In this document: positions 35,996 to 46,777 of the stretch, one piece after another
How the letters are laid out: each line of letters begins with the position of its first letter
Position numbering within the stretch: position 1 is the first letter of the stretch
Assembly: GCA_007693585.1 (NCBI GenBank)
Contig: REDH01000113.1
Coordinates: 2,500 to 66,499, forward strand
DNA from: Deltaproteobacteria bacterium
GTDB taxonomy: Bacteria > Myxococcota_A > Bradymonadia > REDH01
DNA: 64,000 nucleotides
Direction: 5' to 3'
Program-made: the position numbers and the translations under genes
The notes under the pieces: model-generated
What the model was told of the DNA's origin: nothing
Database searches by the model: none
What the model saw: the letters and a program-made list of their open reading frames with translations, nothing else

Positions 35996-37147
35996 TCATT
36001 GACTGTGGGGAAGGCCCGCCGGGTCACCCCCACCACGGCCCGCACTCGTGGCCACCCACTCCTGAACACTCCCGAAGGGGGCCAGCGCAGACCGGAATCG
36101 CGCCGTCCAGCGCGCGCTCATCTGGGGCCGCACGTGCTCCACGGCGCCGACGAAGTCCCCCGGATGTCGCTCGAGATACCGAATCCAGCGGTCCTGGACC
36201 GGCCCCGCCGGAACCGCCGCATCGAGGCCACGGTCGAGCGCCTCGAGCACGTACAGCGCCGCCATCCGGATGTCCTCCCGCTTGTGGTGGACCAGCGGGT
36301 CCCGCGGACGCAATCCCATTCCCTCGAGCCTGGCGGTCTCCTCACGCGCCCAATTTCGCACGTCCCGGGCAAGCGCCGTACGCTCCGCAGGCGTCCCGCC
36401 CCGGAAGTCCGGCCCCACCGTGTCGTGCAGCCGAGCCATCAGCGCTTCGTCGCGGCCAGGCTCGAAACGCCGAACCGCTGCGATCGTTCGCTCGTTGTCC
36501 AGCATGGTCACGAACCCCGCAGCCATCCGCGCCCGACCGGACGCGTCGAGCCCATCGAACGCCGGATGTGCCGCAACGGTCCGGGCCACTGCAGCCTCCA
36601 GCTCGTCACGCCCCGCCGCATTCGGGCCGATGAGCGCCCGGTCCAGTCCGGCCTGCAGGCGCGCCCAGTCGCTTGACGTTCCATGACTGCCCGCCTGCTT
36701 CGCCCGCGCAAACTGCCCCGCCATCGCCGCCACGCTGCGCCGCGGCCGAAACCGAGCCCCCTGCTCCTGAGCCAGACTCACCCAGTCCGACAGCGTGCGA
36801 TCGAGCGCCGCGTCCGACCGCGCCGCAGCGTCCGCCACCTCCGCCAGCCCCGATGCCGCCGCCGACCGTGACTCCACGCCGGCACAGGCCGCCTCCAGCA
36901 CCGCACGACCGCACAACTCACCGCCAGAGCGCGAACGACGTGCAGCCTCCTCGGCGAGGCGCGAGCCCCCCTCGTTCACCGTCCGCGAGGAACCCTCGAA
37001 CCCCAGTCGCGACATCAACCGAGACGACCCACCCAGCACGTCATTGACCTCGCGATCGCCGGACGGCTTCGGAGCCTGCCCTTCCTTCACACCCTCCGCA
37101 GGGCCCGGGATCCGTCCCGGTGAACACGCGCCTCGCACACCGTCCAT
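35996..37147 (-). CDS. Hypothetical protein (Ala/Arg-rich, helical, no recognised domain)
   Basis: Only non-junk frame between the element and rnhC. Start set at MDGVRG (37147) because the longer ORF would overlap the rnhC start region. No motif recognised. Confidence 0.45.
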   Translation of the reverse strand: MDGVRGACSPGRIPGPAEGVKEGQAPKPSGDREVNDVLGGSSRLMSRLGFEGSSRTVNEGGSRLAEEAARRSRSGGELCGRAVLEAACAGVESRSAAASGLAEVADAAARSDAALDRTLSDWVSLAQEQGARFRPRRSVAAMAGQFARAKQAGSHGTSSDWARLQAGLDRALIGPNAAGRDELEAAVARTVAAHPAFDGLDASGRARMAAGFVTMLDNERTIAAVRRFEPGRDEALMARLHDTVGPDFRGGTPAERTALARDVRNWAREETARLEGMGLRPRDPLVHHKREDIRMAALYVLEALDRGLDAAVPAGPVQDRWIRYLERHPGDFVGAVEHVRPQMSARWTARFRSALAPFGSVQEWVATSAGRGGGDPAGLPHSQ

Positions 37148-37291
37148 GCCGTCCTCCCGATCGAGCAGCCCCCCCCGCGGACCGGAGTCGTCCTCCCCGC
37201 GGTCCCGTTGCACCACGACACTGTGCGTTGACCGTCCCCGCCCGCATCGCCTATGCCCTCGGGCGCCACGCCCCGACGCGACGAGACCCCG

Positions 37292-38296
37292 ATGCCCAGC
37301 AACACCCGCACCTACAAGCTCGCAGCCCTCGACGAACCCGCCCTGCGAAGCTTCCTGACGGGCGCAGGCTTCGCCTTCTCCGACCTCCCCTACGCCCACT
37401 GGCAGGCCCGACGCGCGGGCGCCACCGTCAGCTTCTACCGAAGCGGCAAGCTCCTCGTTCAGGGCCGCGACTGCGATCCCCTCTGCGCCGAACTCGACGC
37501 CCTGCTCCAGCACTCGGCCCCACCACAGGCGGCTACCAGGGCCGCAACCCGCACAACCGACCGGTCAGCACCACGCGATGACACCAGCGACGCCGCAGAC
37601 CGGATCCCGTCGGCGGCCCGACGCTTCCTCGTCGCCCGAAGCCGGCTCCCCGATCCGCTGCCCGACGCATGGGTCGGCATCGACGAGACCGGCAAGGGCG
37701 ACTACTTCGGACCCCTCGTGGTGGCCGCTGCGCGGGTCCACGTCGACGACCTCGGTTGGCTCGCCGAGCTCGGCGTGGGCGACTCGAAGGGCCTCACCGA
37801 CGCCCGCGCCACGCAGCTCGCCCAGACGCTCGCGCCCACCATCCCCCACCACGTCCTCGTCCTCGCACCCGACCGATACAACGAGCTGTATGCGGAGATC
37901 GGCAACCTCAACCACCTGCTCGCCTGGGCACACGCCGCCGCCGCCGATTCGCTCCTCGCCGAGACCGACGCCGAGCTCATCCTCAGCGACCAGTTCACCA
38001 GGACCGACCTGATCTCCCGCAGGCTACGCACCCGCGAGCACACCCGAAGTGTCCGCTTCACGCAGCGCACCCGCGCCGAGGACGACGCGGCGGTGGCCTG
38101 CGCCTCCATCCTCGCGCGGGCGCGCTTTCTCGCCGAGCTGCGCCGTCTGGAGCGCGCGTTCGGCGTGAAGCTCGCCAAGGGAGCCGGCTCCCCGGTACTG
38201 AAGGCGGGGCGCGCGCTCGTGCGCGATCATGGGCGCGAGCGGCTGCGCGACGTCGCCAAGCTGCACTTCAAGACCACGGGTCAGATCGGCGGCTGA
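37292..38296 (+). CDS. rnhC: Ribonuclease HIII
   Basis: N-terminal TBP-like domain (YAHWQARRAGATVSFYRSGKLLVQG). Catalytic GIDETGKGDYFGPLVVAA, GDSK and AEDDAAVACASILAR motifs. Confidence 0.85.
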   Translation: MPSNTRTYKLAALDEPALRSFLTGAGFAFSDLPYAHWQARRAGATVSFYRSGKLLVQGRDCDPLCAELDALLQHSAPPQAATRAATRTTDRSAPRDDTSDAADRIPSAARRFLVARSRLPDPLPDAWVGIDETGKGDYFGPLVVAAARVHVDDLGWLAELGVGDSKGLTDARATQLAQTLAPTIPHHVLVLAPDRYNELYAEIGNLNHLLAWAHAAAADSLLAETDAELILSDQFTRTDLISRRLRTREHTRSVRFTQRTRAEDDAAVACASILARARFLAELRRLERAFGVKLAKGAGSPVLKAGRALVRDHGRERLRDVAKLHFKTTGQIGG

Positions 38297-38483
38297 CAGG
38301 ACGCCGGCTGCCCACCCGGCGCACGTCTCTCGGCTTGAGCGGAACGCGCGGAATCATCGGCGGCGACCGCACACCCCCCCGCACAGTCGCGGCGCTCCGA
38401 ACAGGAACAGAGCACGCGGCGGATCCAGGCAACGGGGGGACGGCGCTCCGCTCCCTCTCGCCATGCGTGGTGCACATGCGCAC

Positions 38484-39122
38484 CTACCCTGTGGGCTTGC
38501 GCTCCGCCCACTGCAGGGTGAACGGACAGGTGGACGCACCCTCGGCGATCGTGTGCGGCCGCAGCAGGGTCACATCGGGCTCGATCGATCCGAAGAAGCG
38601 AGCGTCACCCTTGCAGAAGACGGGCGCGAGTTCCGGAACGCCGGTCGCTGCACACAGCGGGGGGAACCGGCAGTGGGTGACCGTGAAGCGTACGCGCTCC
38701 CCACCGATCTCCTGCCAGTCCACGGTCGCATTGAAGAACCGCTCTCCGCGCTCCTTCACGAAGGTCTCCTGACCGGCTTCGTCGAGCTGCTCCAGATCGG
38801 CTCGGCGCAGGGGTCCGATGCTCTCGCGGAGGAAGACGCAGGCCGCCTCGATCACGATCTCCTCCGTGATCCGCAGCGCCTCCTCCTGACCGATGCGCTG
38901 CCTGAGCTCCGTGTACAGGAGGATCGCCGGCCCGATCTGCTCCCGGCTGAGCCGCTCATGCTCGCCGTCGGGCGGCGCGAGGTCCGCGAATGGCTCTCCG
39001 CGACGTTGCCGGGAACGAATCGCCCGGCCCACGCGCAGGGCCGTCAGGATGCCGAGCTCGCGCAGGAGGATGGGCGTCGCAAGCCGCTCGTTGGGATCGA
39101 GCTTGAACCATGGGAACTTCAC
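38484..39122 (-). CDS. L-2-amino-thiazoline-4-carboxylic acid hydrolase (ATC hydrolase) family-like protein
   Basis: FTVTHCRFPPLCAATGVPELAPVFCKGDARFF...HTIAEGASTCPF matches the Cys pattern I recall for PF14196. GTG start at 39122 overlaps the upstream stop (GTGA 39119-39122). Confidence 0.55.
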   Translation of the reverse strand: MKFPWFKLDPNERLATPILLRELGILTALRVGRAIRSRQRRGEPFADLAPPDGEHERLSREQIGPAILLYTELRQRIGQEEALRITEEIVIEAACVFLRESIGPLRRADLEQLDEAGQETFVKERGERFFNATVDWQEIGGERVRFTVTHCRFPPLCAATGVPELAPVFCKGDARFFGSIEPDVTLLRPHTIAEGASTCPFTLQWAERKPTG

Positions 39123-40405
39123 GGGCGCTTTCCGGCGTCGGCGAGAGGGAGTTCGTAGGGACCTGCAGGAAACTGCGCGTCGAGGTCGAGGGTGCGAACA
39201 GGGACATCCGGCGGCAGCGGAATCCGCACCACCTCCGCCGTGAAGGTGTGCGTCAGCGCATGGAACTCGATGAGTTGGGTGGCGTTCGACGCGTATCCAT
39301 TGACCAGCGCCGTCAGCTCGCCCGTCCCCTCGTCGAAGGACTCCGGCTGAACACCGACACTGATCTCCCGCACATAGAAACCCGGCTCGCCGAGCTCGGT
39401 CGTACAGACGGCATCGTCCGTGCAGGTTTCGGCACGCGAGCAGTCGCGGTCGCGGTTGCATGAGCGGTCCTCGACATCGAGCACGAAATCGAAGGACCGC
39501 AACCCGACGATTCCCAGGTCCGCACCGATCGGCCCGGGCAGCGATACCCGCTGGTCCTCGAGTGGGGCCGGATCCAGCACGCTGTCGTCCAGCAGCTCGG
39601 GACGCTCGTACCGAAGGGTATAGGCGACCTCCGCGGACGAGGCCGACGGTTCCGGCACGCCGACGAGGATCACGTCCAGGGCCGCATCGATCTCCGCACG
39701 CGGCACGGCGCGGTTGTGGTTGTCGCGATCCTTGGCGAGCCCGGGCTCGAACCGCAGCCTCCAGTCCAGCACGAGCGACACCGGGTCGATCGCCGAGATG
39801 CCTACGGCGGCGCCGAACCCGCGCGATGTGTAGCCGTGTGCGGGGTCGTAGTCCTCCGGGTAGTCTTCGATGCCCGGCACGTTGGTGTCGAACTGAATCC
39901 CGCCCACGAGCGCAATGATCTCGCCGTACCCACGCAGGGCGATCTCCTCGCGGTCCAGCGTGAGGCTTCCCTCGGCGACCGCGCCTCCGGCGATGCGCAC
40001 GGGGATGCGCAGCCTGTGCGCACCGAGCACGTCGGGCGTGGTGTCCACGCGGGACACGCCCATCCGGAGGAACGCATCGTCACTGATGTTCAACGCATCG
40101 CCGGTCGTGAAGTCCCCCCCGATGATCCGGCTGCGGACGGTCTCGGGGACGCAGGCGGTCTCCGGCTCGAGGGTGGCGTCGAAGACCGAGATGCGGTGAT
40201 TCAGGTCCTCCCACGCGAAGCCGAGTCGATGCGGGACCAGGGCGGAGGCGCATGCGTTCTCGTCGTGGGCGGGCACGTCCTGGTCGGACATGACATCGCC
40301 CGTTCCGCACGCGACCACAACCAGGCACGCGGACAACCAGAGCGCAGGCGAGAGAGCGCACCCCTTCGTCCGGGCGGACGGTGCATACGACAGGTTGGTG
40401 GTCAT
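39119..40405 (-). CDS. Lipoprotein, hypothetical (contains one myxobacterial-type Cys-rich repeat)
   Basis: Start MTTNL at 40405, lipobox VVVACG. RSCNRDRDCSRAETCTDDAVC motif. No catalytic motif recognised. Confidence 0.65.
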   Translation of the reverse strand: MTTNLSYAPSARTKGCALSPALWLSACLVVVACGTGDVMSDQDVPAHDENACASALVPHRLGFAWEDLNHRISVFDATLEPETACVPETVRSRIIGGDFTTGDALNISDDAFLRMGVSRVDTTPDVLGAHRLRIPVRIAGGAVAEGSLTLDREEIALRGYGEIIALVGGIQFDTNVPGIEDYPEDYDPAHGYTSRGFGAAVGISAIDPVSLVLDWRLRFEPGLAKDRDNHNRAVPRAEIDAALDVILVGVPEPSASSAEVAYTLRYERPELLDDSVLDPAPLEDQRVSLPGPIGADLGIVGLRSFDFVLDVEDRSCNRDRDCSRAETCTDDAVCTTELGEPGFYVREISVGVQPESFDEGTGELTALVNGYASNATQLIEFHALTHTFTAEVVRIPLPPDVPVRTLDLDAQFPAGPYELPLADAGKRP

Positions 40406-40427
40406 GGGACTCCGAACTCCTCGGCTC

Positions 40428-41459
40428 TCAGGCGCGGGCGGCCACCAGCTCGTGGAGCTGGAGCGTGGCCTCCCGGTCCTCGGCGATGGTCGCCCGGAAG
40501 AACGCTTCCACCAGACGCCGGGCGTCGTCAACGGTGCGGATCCGGTTGATCTCGTGACGCAGCGCGCGGCAATTGTGCAGGTGCTTCGTGAAGTAGGCGA
40601 TCACCTGCTTCACCTTGCCCGCAGTTCGCCGATCGACCTCTCCGCCGTGCTCCGTCGTCACGCGGTCGAGATACGCCTGCAGCACGGCATGCCTCTCCTC
40701 GAGGGTCGGTTCCCGGAAGGGCACGCCGGCGACATCGTCCGCGATGCGTCGCAGGGCCCAGGGATCGTGCATCACCGCGCGTCCCACCATCACCCCATCG
40801 GCACCCGAGGCGGCGAGCGCCGCGCGCGCGGTGGCGGGGTCCACGATGTCACCGTTCACCAGCAGCGGGATCGACACGGCCCGGCGCACGGCGCCCACCT
40901 CATCCCACCGCGCGCTGCCCTTGTACCCCTGGTTCCGGGTCCTTCCGTGCACCGCCACCATGGACGCCCCCGCCTCCTCGGCCCGCGCGGCGATCTCCGG
41001 CGCGTTCAGGTTCGCGTCGCACCAGCCGAGCCGCATCTTCACGGTCATGGGCACCGTGATCGCGTCCCGAACGGCATGGAAGATGTCCCGGGCGAGCTCG
41101 GGCTCCTTCATGAGCGCCGAGCCGGAACAGCCGCTGGTCACGCGCTTGGACGGGCAGCCCAGATTGATGTCGACGATGTCTGCGCCGAGAGACTCGCAGT
41201 GCCGCGCAGCCTGGGCCATTCGGGCGGGGTCCCGGCCGTAGATCTGGATGGACACGGGGTGCTCGTCGGGGTCGAGCTCGGCCATTCGCCACGCGCTCTC
41301 GACCTCCCGGGTCAGGCCCTCCGAGCTCACGAACTCGGTCACGGCCAGGCCCACCCCGCCGAGGCTGCGGATGAGGGTCCGAAAGGCGCGGTCGGTCACG
41401 CCCTCCATGGGGGCGAGCACCACCCGCGGCTCGACGGGGATCTGCGCGATCTGGAGCAA
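40428..41459 (-). CDS. tRNA-dihydrouridine synthase (DusB-like)
   Basis: VLAPMEGVTDRAFR, DINLGCPSKRV, VKMRLGW and VHGRTR motifs. Confidence 0.9.
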   Translation of the reverse strand: MLQIAQIPVEPRVVLAPMEGVTDRAFRTLIRSLGGVGLAVTEFVSSEGLTREVESAWRMAELDPDEHPVSIQIYGRDPARMAQAARHCESLGADIVDINLGCPSKRVTSGCSGSALMKEPELARDIFHAVRDAITVPMTVKMRLGWCDANLNAPEIAARAEEAGASMVAVHGRTRNQGYKGSARWDEVGAVRRAVSIPLLVNGDIVDPATARAALAASGADGVMVGRAVMHDPWALRRIADDVAGVPFREPTLEERHAVLQAYLDRVTTEHGGEVDRRTAGKVKQVIAYFTKHLHNCRALRHEINRIRTVDDARRLVEAFFRATIAEDREATLQLHELVAARA

Positions 41460-41468
41460 GGCCGCACC

Positions 41469-42053
41469 TCAGCAGTGGCGTTGATAGCAGTCGCGCTCGA
41501 TGGCGCTGCGCAGGGACCCGGCGATGCTCTCGGTCAGCGGGGTCACCTCGTCCACGACGTCCCCGCCCGCCGTCTCGTCCACAGGCACCTCGTGCCAGGC
41601 GAATTGATCGTGCTCGTTGCACCCGGACCACAGGCTGTACCCCCAGCGCGCAGGCGCCTCGCCACGCCACAGGTCCACGTAGAGGTGACTGCGGGCGCAG
41701 AACGTGTGCTCGTCGGGATCGACCAGCGCCGCATCGTAGTCGACCCCGGTCGTCATCCCGAGCACCTCGTCGGTGGCCAGCGTCATCGCAAGCGACGCGG
41801 CGATCACCTCAAGCATCGGGTCGTCCGGGGAGGGGATCGCACGGTTCATGCCCACGTCCTTGAACGTCACCATCCGGAACGGGCCATCTCCATCGACGCT
41901 CACGTACCACGGAGAGTGGTGCTGCGGATGTACCTCCGCTTCCGCCACCTGAGGATCGGGGTCGTGCTCGACCGCGGCCCGCTGGCACCCTCCAGCCATG
42001 AGAAGCGCGGCCACCAGAAGTCCTGTCCGGCGCAGCATCTGCAGTCTGTTCAT
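41469..42053 (-). CDS. Lipoprotein, hypothetical
   Basis: Start MNRLQMLRR at 42053 preceded by AGGAGGACGGA. Lipobox LMAGGC. First gene of the lipoprotein-dus-lipoprotein-ATC hydrolase-like string. Confidence 0.6.
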   Translation of the reverse strand: MNRLQMLRRTGLLVAALLMAGGCQRAAVEHDPDPQVAEAEVHPQHHSPWYVSVDGDGPFRMVTFKDVGMNRAIPSPDDPMLEVIAASLAMTLATDEVLGMTTGVDYDAALVDPDEHTFCARSHLYVDLWRGEAPARWGYSLWSGCNEHDQFAWHEVPVDETAGGDVVDEVTPLTESIAGSLRSAIERDCYQRHC

Positions 42054-42160
42054 TCCGTCCTCCTGGCGCCTGTCCCGCGCGTGCGGGCTCGGCCCGTCCG
42101 CCCAGCGTAGCGAGCGTGGCGACGCCCGGCAAGCGCTCGTCCGCCTCCGACCCGGCGATT

Positions 42161-42305
42161 CCGGGTGGTCGCAAGGTCCGGAGTTGAACCCGGCATGGCA
42201 CCGTGCGGCGGTCCGCATCAGCCGCGAAGACTCGATTCATGGGGGGGCCAGGACGATGTGCAATCCACCGGGAGGGGCTCAGGGACGACCCTGCGATGGC
42301 CCTGC
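42161..42305. repeat. Conserved ~145-nt non-coding element, copy B (paralog of 35826-35970)
   Basis: See copy A. Lies 107 nt upstream of the ATG of the 41469-42053 lipoprotein gene and 163 nt downstream of the TonB-like gene stop. Confidence 0.85.
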
Positions 42306-42467
42306 CCGGCGAACGCGGGAACCGGACGGGGCCCGGTCCGCTCGAACCGGTCCGCAGGAAGATGCGGCCGAAGCGGCGATGCCCTCCCCCCGGCCCGCTC
42401 GTCCCGGATGGCTGTGCGACACCCCGGCGCCCGCCCCGGGCGGTTCCGGACCGCCGGGGGAGCGCCA

Positions 42468-44099
42468 TCAGCGCTCCCGGGATGCCCGATCCTGCCGCTC
42501 CGACGACTCGTCGCCCCCGTCCGCCGCCAGCAGCCGGACGTCGACCCCGAAGGTCCCGCACTGGCGCTGGTCCCGGTGGAACCTCCAGTGGATCCATGCG
42601 TTCCCGTCCGGAGACACCATCGCCTGCGGGGGCGACCGATGGGGCCCAATCGTCTGCACGATCCGGATCGCCTGGGCATCGAACGTGAGCTGCCCGGATG
42701 TGCGGATCACGTTCACCTCCACCACCTCGCCGTGCTGCGAAATCCCCATCTCCAGATGCACCCAGAGCCGCCGGTCCGAGAGCGGATGGTCCGCCGGCAC
42801 GCCGAAGTCCAGCGAACGCAGATAAGCCGGCCAGCGGGCATGGATCTTGTCGTGCAGGTAGTGAATGTAGCCGGCGAACGCGTCCGCCCGCGTGTTCAGA
42901 CTCGTCTCCCGGCCCGCCCGCGCCCGCACGTCGTGATTCTCCAGCGCGCGCCGGAGCTGCTCCCACTCCGCCTGGTGGTCCCCGAGGAAGCCCCTCGCGC
43001 GCTCCCGCGCGGCCACCCTGTCCCGCAACCCATCGTCGTCAAGCGAGAACACGTTCGCCCAGGACTCCGCGTCGAACGCCGCAGCGCTGCGCGCGATCGA
43101 GTGCACCCCCGGGTCGGGCAGGTCCTCGACCGCGTCCCGGACGATCAGGCGATCCACCATCTCCTCCGGCGAGAGCCCCTCGTCCGCCGCCGCCTCGTCA
43201 GCCCGTGCCGCCTCCTCCCGCACCGCCTGCGCCTCCTCCAGCTCTCGCTCGATCGCCCGCTGCTCGTCCTCCTCGACCTCCGCCTCGGCCGGGGCGGACT
43301 CGTCCGCGGACGTCCCGTCCTCGACCCGCTCCTGCGCACCATCCGCGGCCGGCACCTCCCCCTCCTCCACCGGCGCGGCCGCCTCGGCGGAGTCCCGCTC
43401 CTCAGGCCGGTCCGGCACATCGGCGTCCGGCACATCCGCGTCCGGCACATCGGCGTCCGGGTCCTCGACCGGCTCCTCGGCCTCACCCTCTTCGCCCCGG
43501 CCCGCCTCGGGGGCCGTCTCCTCGGCGACCGTCTCCTCCTCCGCCACGTTGTCGACCTCGGCGAGGTACTGCGGATCGTCGGGCGCGTCGGTGCCTCGAT
43601 CGGGCTGATGCACCGACCGAATCGCCTGCCGGTCCCGAAGGGCGGGCGGTTCCGTTTCCTCGGCGACCTCCGGCTCCTCCTCGATCTCCTCGACCGGCTC
43701 CTCCTCGACGTCGGCGTCGGCGACTTCGTCCGGGTCCTCCGCGGACTCTTCGCCGTCCTCCGGCCGGGGCCATGACTCCGGCGGTACGAGGGGTTCCTCT
43801 GCCGTGTCGTAGACCGACACCACCTCCATCGGGCCCTCGTCGTCCTCCACCGGGGGGCGGCTGGTGAGCCAGGCCCCGATCGCCAGCAGCAGCAGGACGT
43901 GCAACCCGATACTGGCCAGCCCCGTCGCCATCCATCGCTGTCTCCCGGGAGCTGCACTGCCCTCCCGGGACGACGAGTGACGAAGGCGAGGTGGCACGGG
44001 TGGACCGTCGGTGCGAGAGTCGTGCACGGGCCGGTGGAGGAGCCGCGGGGACGGCAGCGGCCGGCGAGGCGCGGATTGACGACGCAGGGCTGCGTGCAC
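42468..44099 (-). CDS. TonB-family protein: N-terminal TM anchor, very long acidic linker, C-terminal TonB-like domain
   Basis: TM segment ATGLASIGLHVLLLLAIGAWL, about 250 aa of Glu/Asp/Pro/Ala linker, then C-terminus ..VHLEMGISQHGEVVEVNVIRTSGQLTFDAQAIRIVQTIGPH. Alternative start at MATGL (43931). Confidence 0.65.
   Translation of the reverse strand: MHAALRRQSAPRRPLPSPRLLHRPVHDSRTDGPPVPPRLRHSSSREGSAAPGRQRWMATGLASIGLHVLLLLAIGAWLTSRPPVEDDEGPMEVVSVYDTAEEPLVPPESWPRPEDGEESAEDPDEVADADVEEEPVEEIEEEPEVAEETEPPALRDRQAIRSVHQPDRGTDAPDDPQYLAEVDNVAEEETVAEETAPEAGRGEEGEAEEPVEDPDADVPDADVPDADVPDRPEERDSAEAAAPVEEGEVPAADGAQERVEDGTSADESAPAEAEVEEDEQRAIERELEEAQAVREEAARADEAAADEGLSPEEMVDRLIVRDAVEDLPDPGVHSIARSAAAFDAESWANVFSLDDDGLRDRVAARERARGFLGDHQAEWEQLRRALENHDVRARAGRETSLNTRADAFAGYIHYLHDKIHARWPAYLRSLDFGVPADHPLSDRRLWVHLEMGISQHGEVVEVNVIRTSGQLTFDAQAIRIVQTIGPHRSPPQAMVSPDGNAWIHWRFHRDQRQCGTFGVDVRLLAADGGDESSERQDRASRER
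43411..43455. repeat. 15-bp x3 in-frame tandem repeat (encodes DADVP x3) inside the TonB-like linker
   Basis: TCCGGCACATC(G/C)GCG repeated three times on the plus strand. Confidence 0.9.
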
Positions 44100-44161
44100 T
44101 AGGCAATGGCGCCCCGGTGGAAACCGGGGTGTATCCTGACCGATTCCCGGACAAGCGTCGC

Positions 44162-44560
44162 ATGGTTTTTGCGTTTCCCCGCCGCTGGCCCCTCGCCCTC
44201 TGCGCCCTTGTGCTCATGGCCCTGGCCTCGGGCGGCTGCCAGCCGGACATCGGTGACTCCTGCCGGACCAGCCAGAACTGTCGTTCCGGACACCTGTGCG
44301 ACCGCTCCATCCCTGGGGCGGGCGGCTACTGCACCATCCTCGACTGCCGCGAGGGGGAGTGCCCCGGCGGGTCCGTGTGCGTGATCTTCGAGGAAGGTGT
44401 GAGCGCGTGCCTCGCGAAATGCGATCGCAACCGGGACTGTCGCCCGGACGACGGGATCGTGTGTCGCCGCGACGTGGGCGACACGCCGTTCTGCTACGCG
44501 CCTCCGGCCGATGACCCGGCGCCTCCGGCCGAGGATCCCGAGCCGTCCGCGGCGGACTGA
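44162..44560 (+). CDS. Cys-rich lipoprotein (myxobacterial-type Cys-rich repeats)
   Basis: Start MVFAFPRRW at 44162, lipobox LASGGC. Has 10 further Cys in C..d.dC..g..C-type spacing. Confidence 0.6.
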   Translation: MVFAFPRRWPLALCALVLMALASGGCQPDIGDSCRTSQNCRSGHLCDRSIPGAGGYCTILDCREGECPGGSVCVIFEEGVSACLAKCDRNRDCRPDDGIVCRRDVGDTPFCYAPPADDPAPPAEDPEPSAAD

Positions 44561-44585
44561 GGAGCCTGGGTTCGCCGTTCGGAGC

Positions 44586-45361
44586 TCAGCGCTCCGGGTC
44601 CGCAGGGCCGGGCGAGTCCCGTCCGTGGGTGGCGAACTTGCGGACGCGGGCGAAGAGTCCCCAGAGGGTGGCGAGCTCCTGCTCGTCCGGTTCGGCGCGC
44701 TGGACGATTCTGCGGAGGGTGCGGAGCACGTTCTCGCGCTGATCGCCGCGAAAGAAGCGGATGGCGTCGAGGGCACGCTCGGCGTCTCCCATCATGCGGT
44801 CGATCTGCTCGGCGCGGGCGGGCGGGAAGTCACGTGTGGGCGGGGGCATGGGGACCGCCCTTCCCTCGTGGGCGAAGATCCGGGCGACGACGAGGAGGAC
44901 GGCCTGCGCGAGGTTGAGGGAGGACCAGGTTCCGGTCTCGAGGGTCACGTAGCCGTCGCAGGCATCGAGGGCAGCGTTCGGGAGTCCGGAGTCCTCGCGT
45001 CCGAAGAGGAAGGCGACCCGAAGATCGGGGCGTCGCAGGAGGTCGGCGATCAGGTCGTCGAGCCTGTGGCGGCGGTGTCGCTCCTCGCGCCCGCGCGCGG
45101 TGAGGGCGTATACGCGGTGGATGCCTTCCACGGCGTCGGTCCATCGGTCGAAGCTGCGCACATGTGCCCGGAGGAAGTCCTCGCAGCGCGGCGCGGTGAT
45201 GGCAACGCGGTCCGGGTCGTTGGACGCGGGACGCAGGAGCCGGATGTCCCGGAGGTCGTGGTTCCTGCAGGCGCGGGCCACGGCGCCGATGTTGAGGTCA
45301 TCCTGCGGCTCATGGAGCAGAATGGCGTAGCGCGCGAGGCCCGCGCCCGGGGCGGGATCGT

Positions 45362-45365
<4 letters not shown>
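44586..45365 (-). CDS. SpoU/TrmH-family RNA 2'-O-methyltransferase (TrmJ-like)
   Basis: [21 protein letters not shown] and [10 protein letters not shown] motifs plus a TrmJ-like C-terminal extension. Start overlaps the ftsZ stop (ATGA 45362-45365). Confidence 0.8.
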
Positions 45366-46777
<1,412 letters not shown>

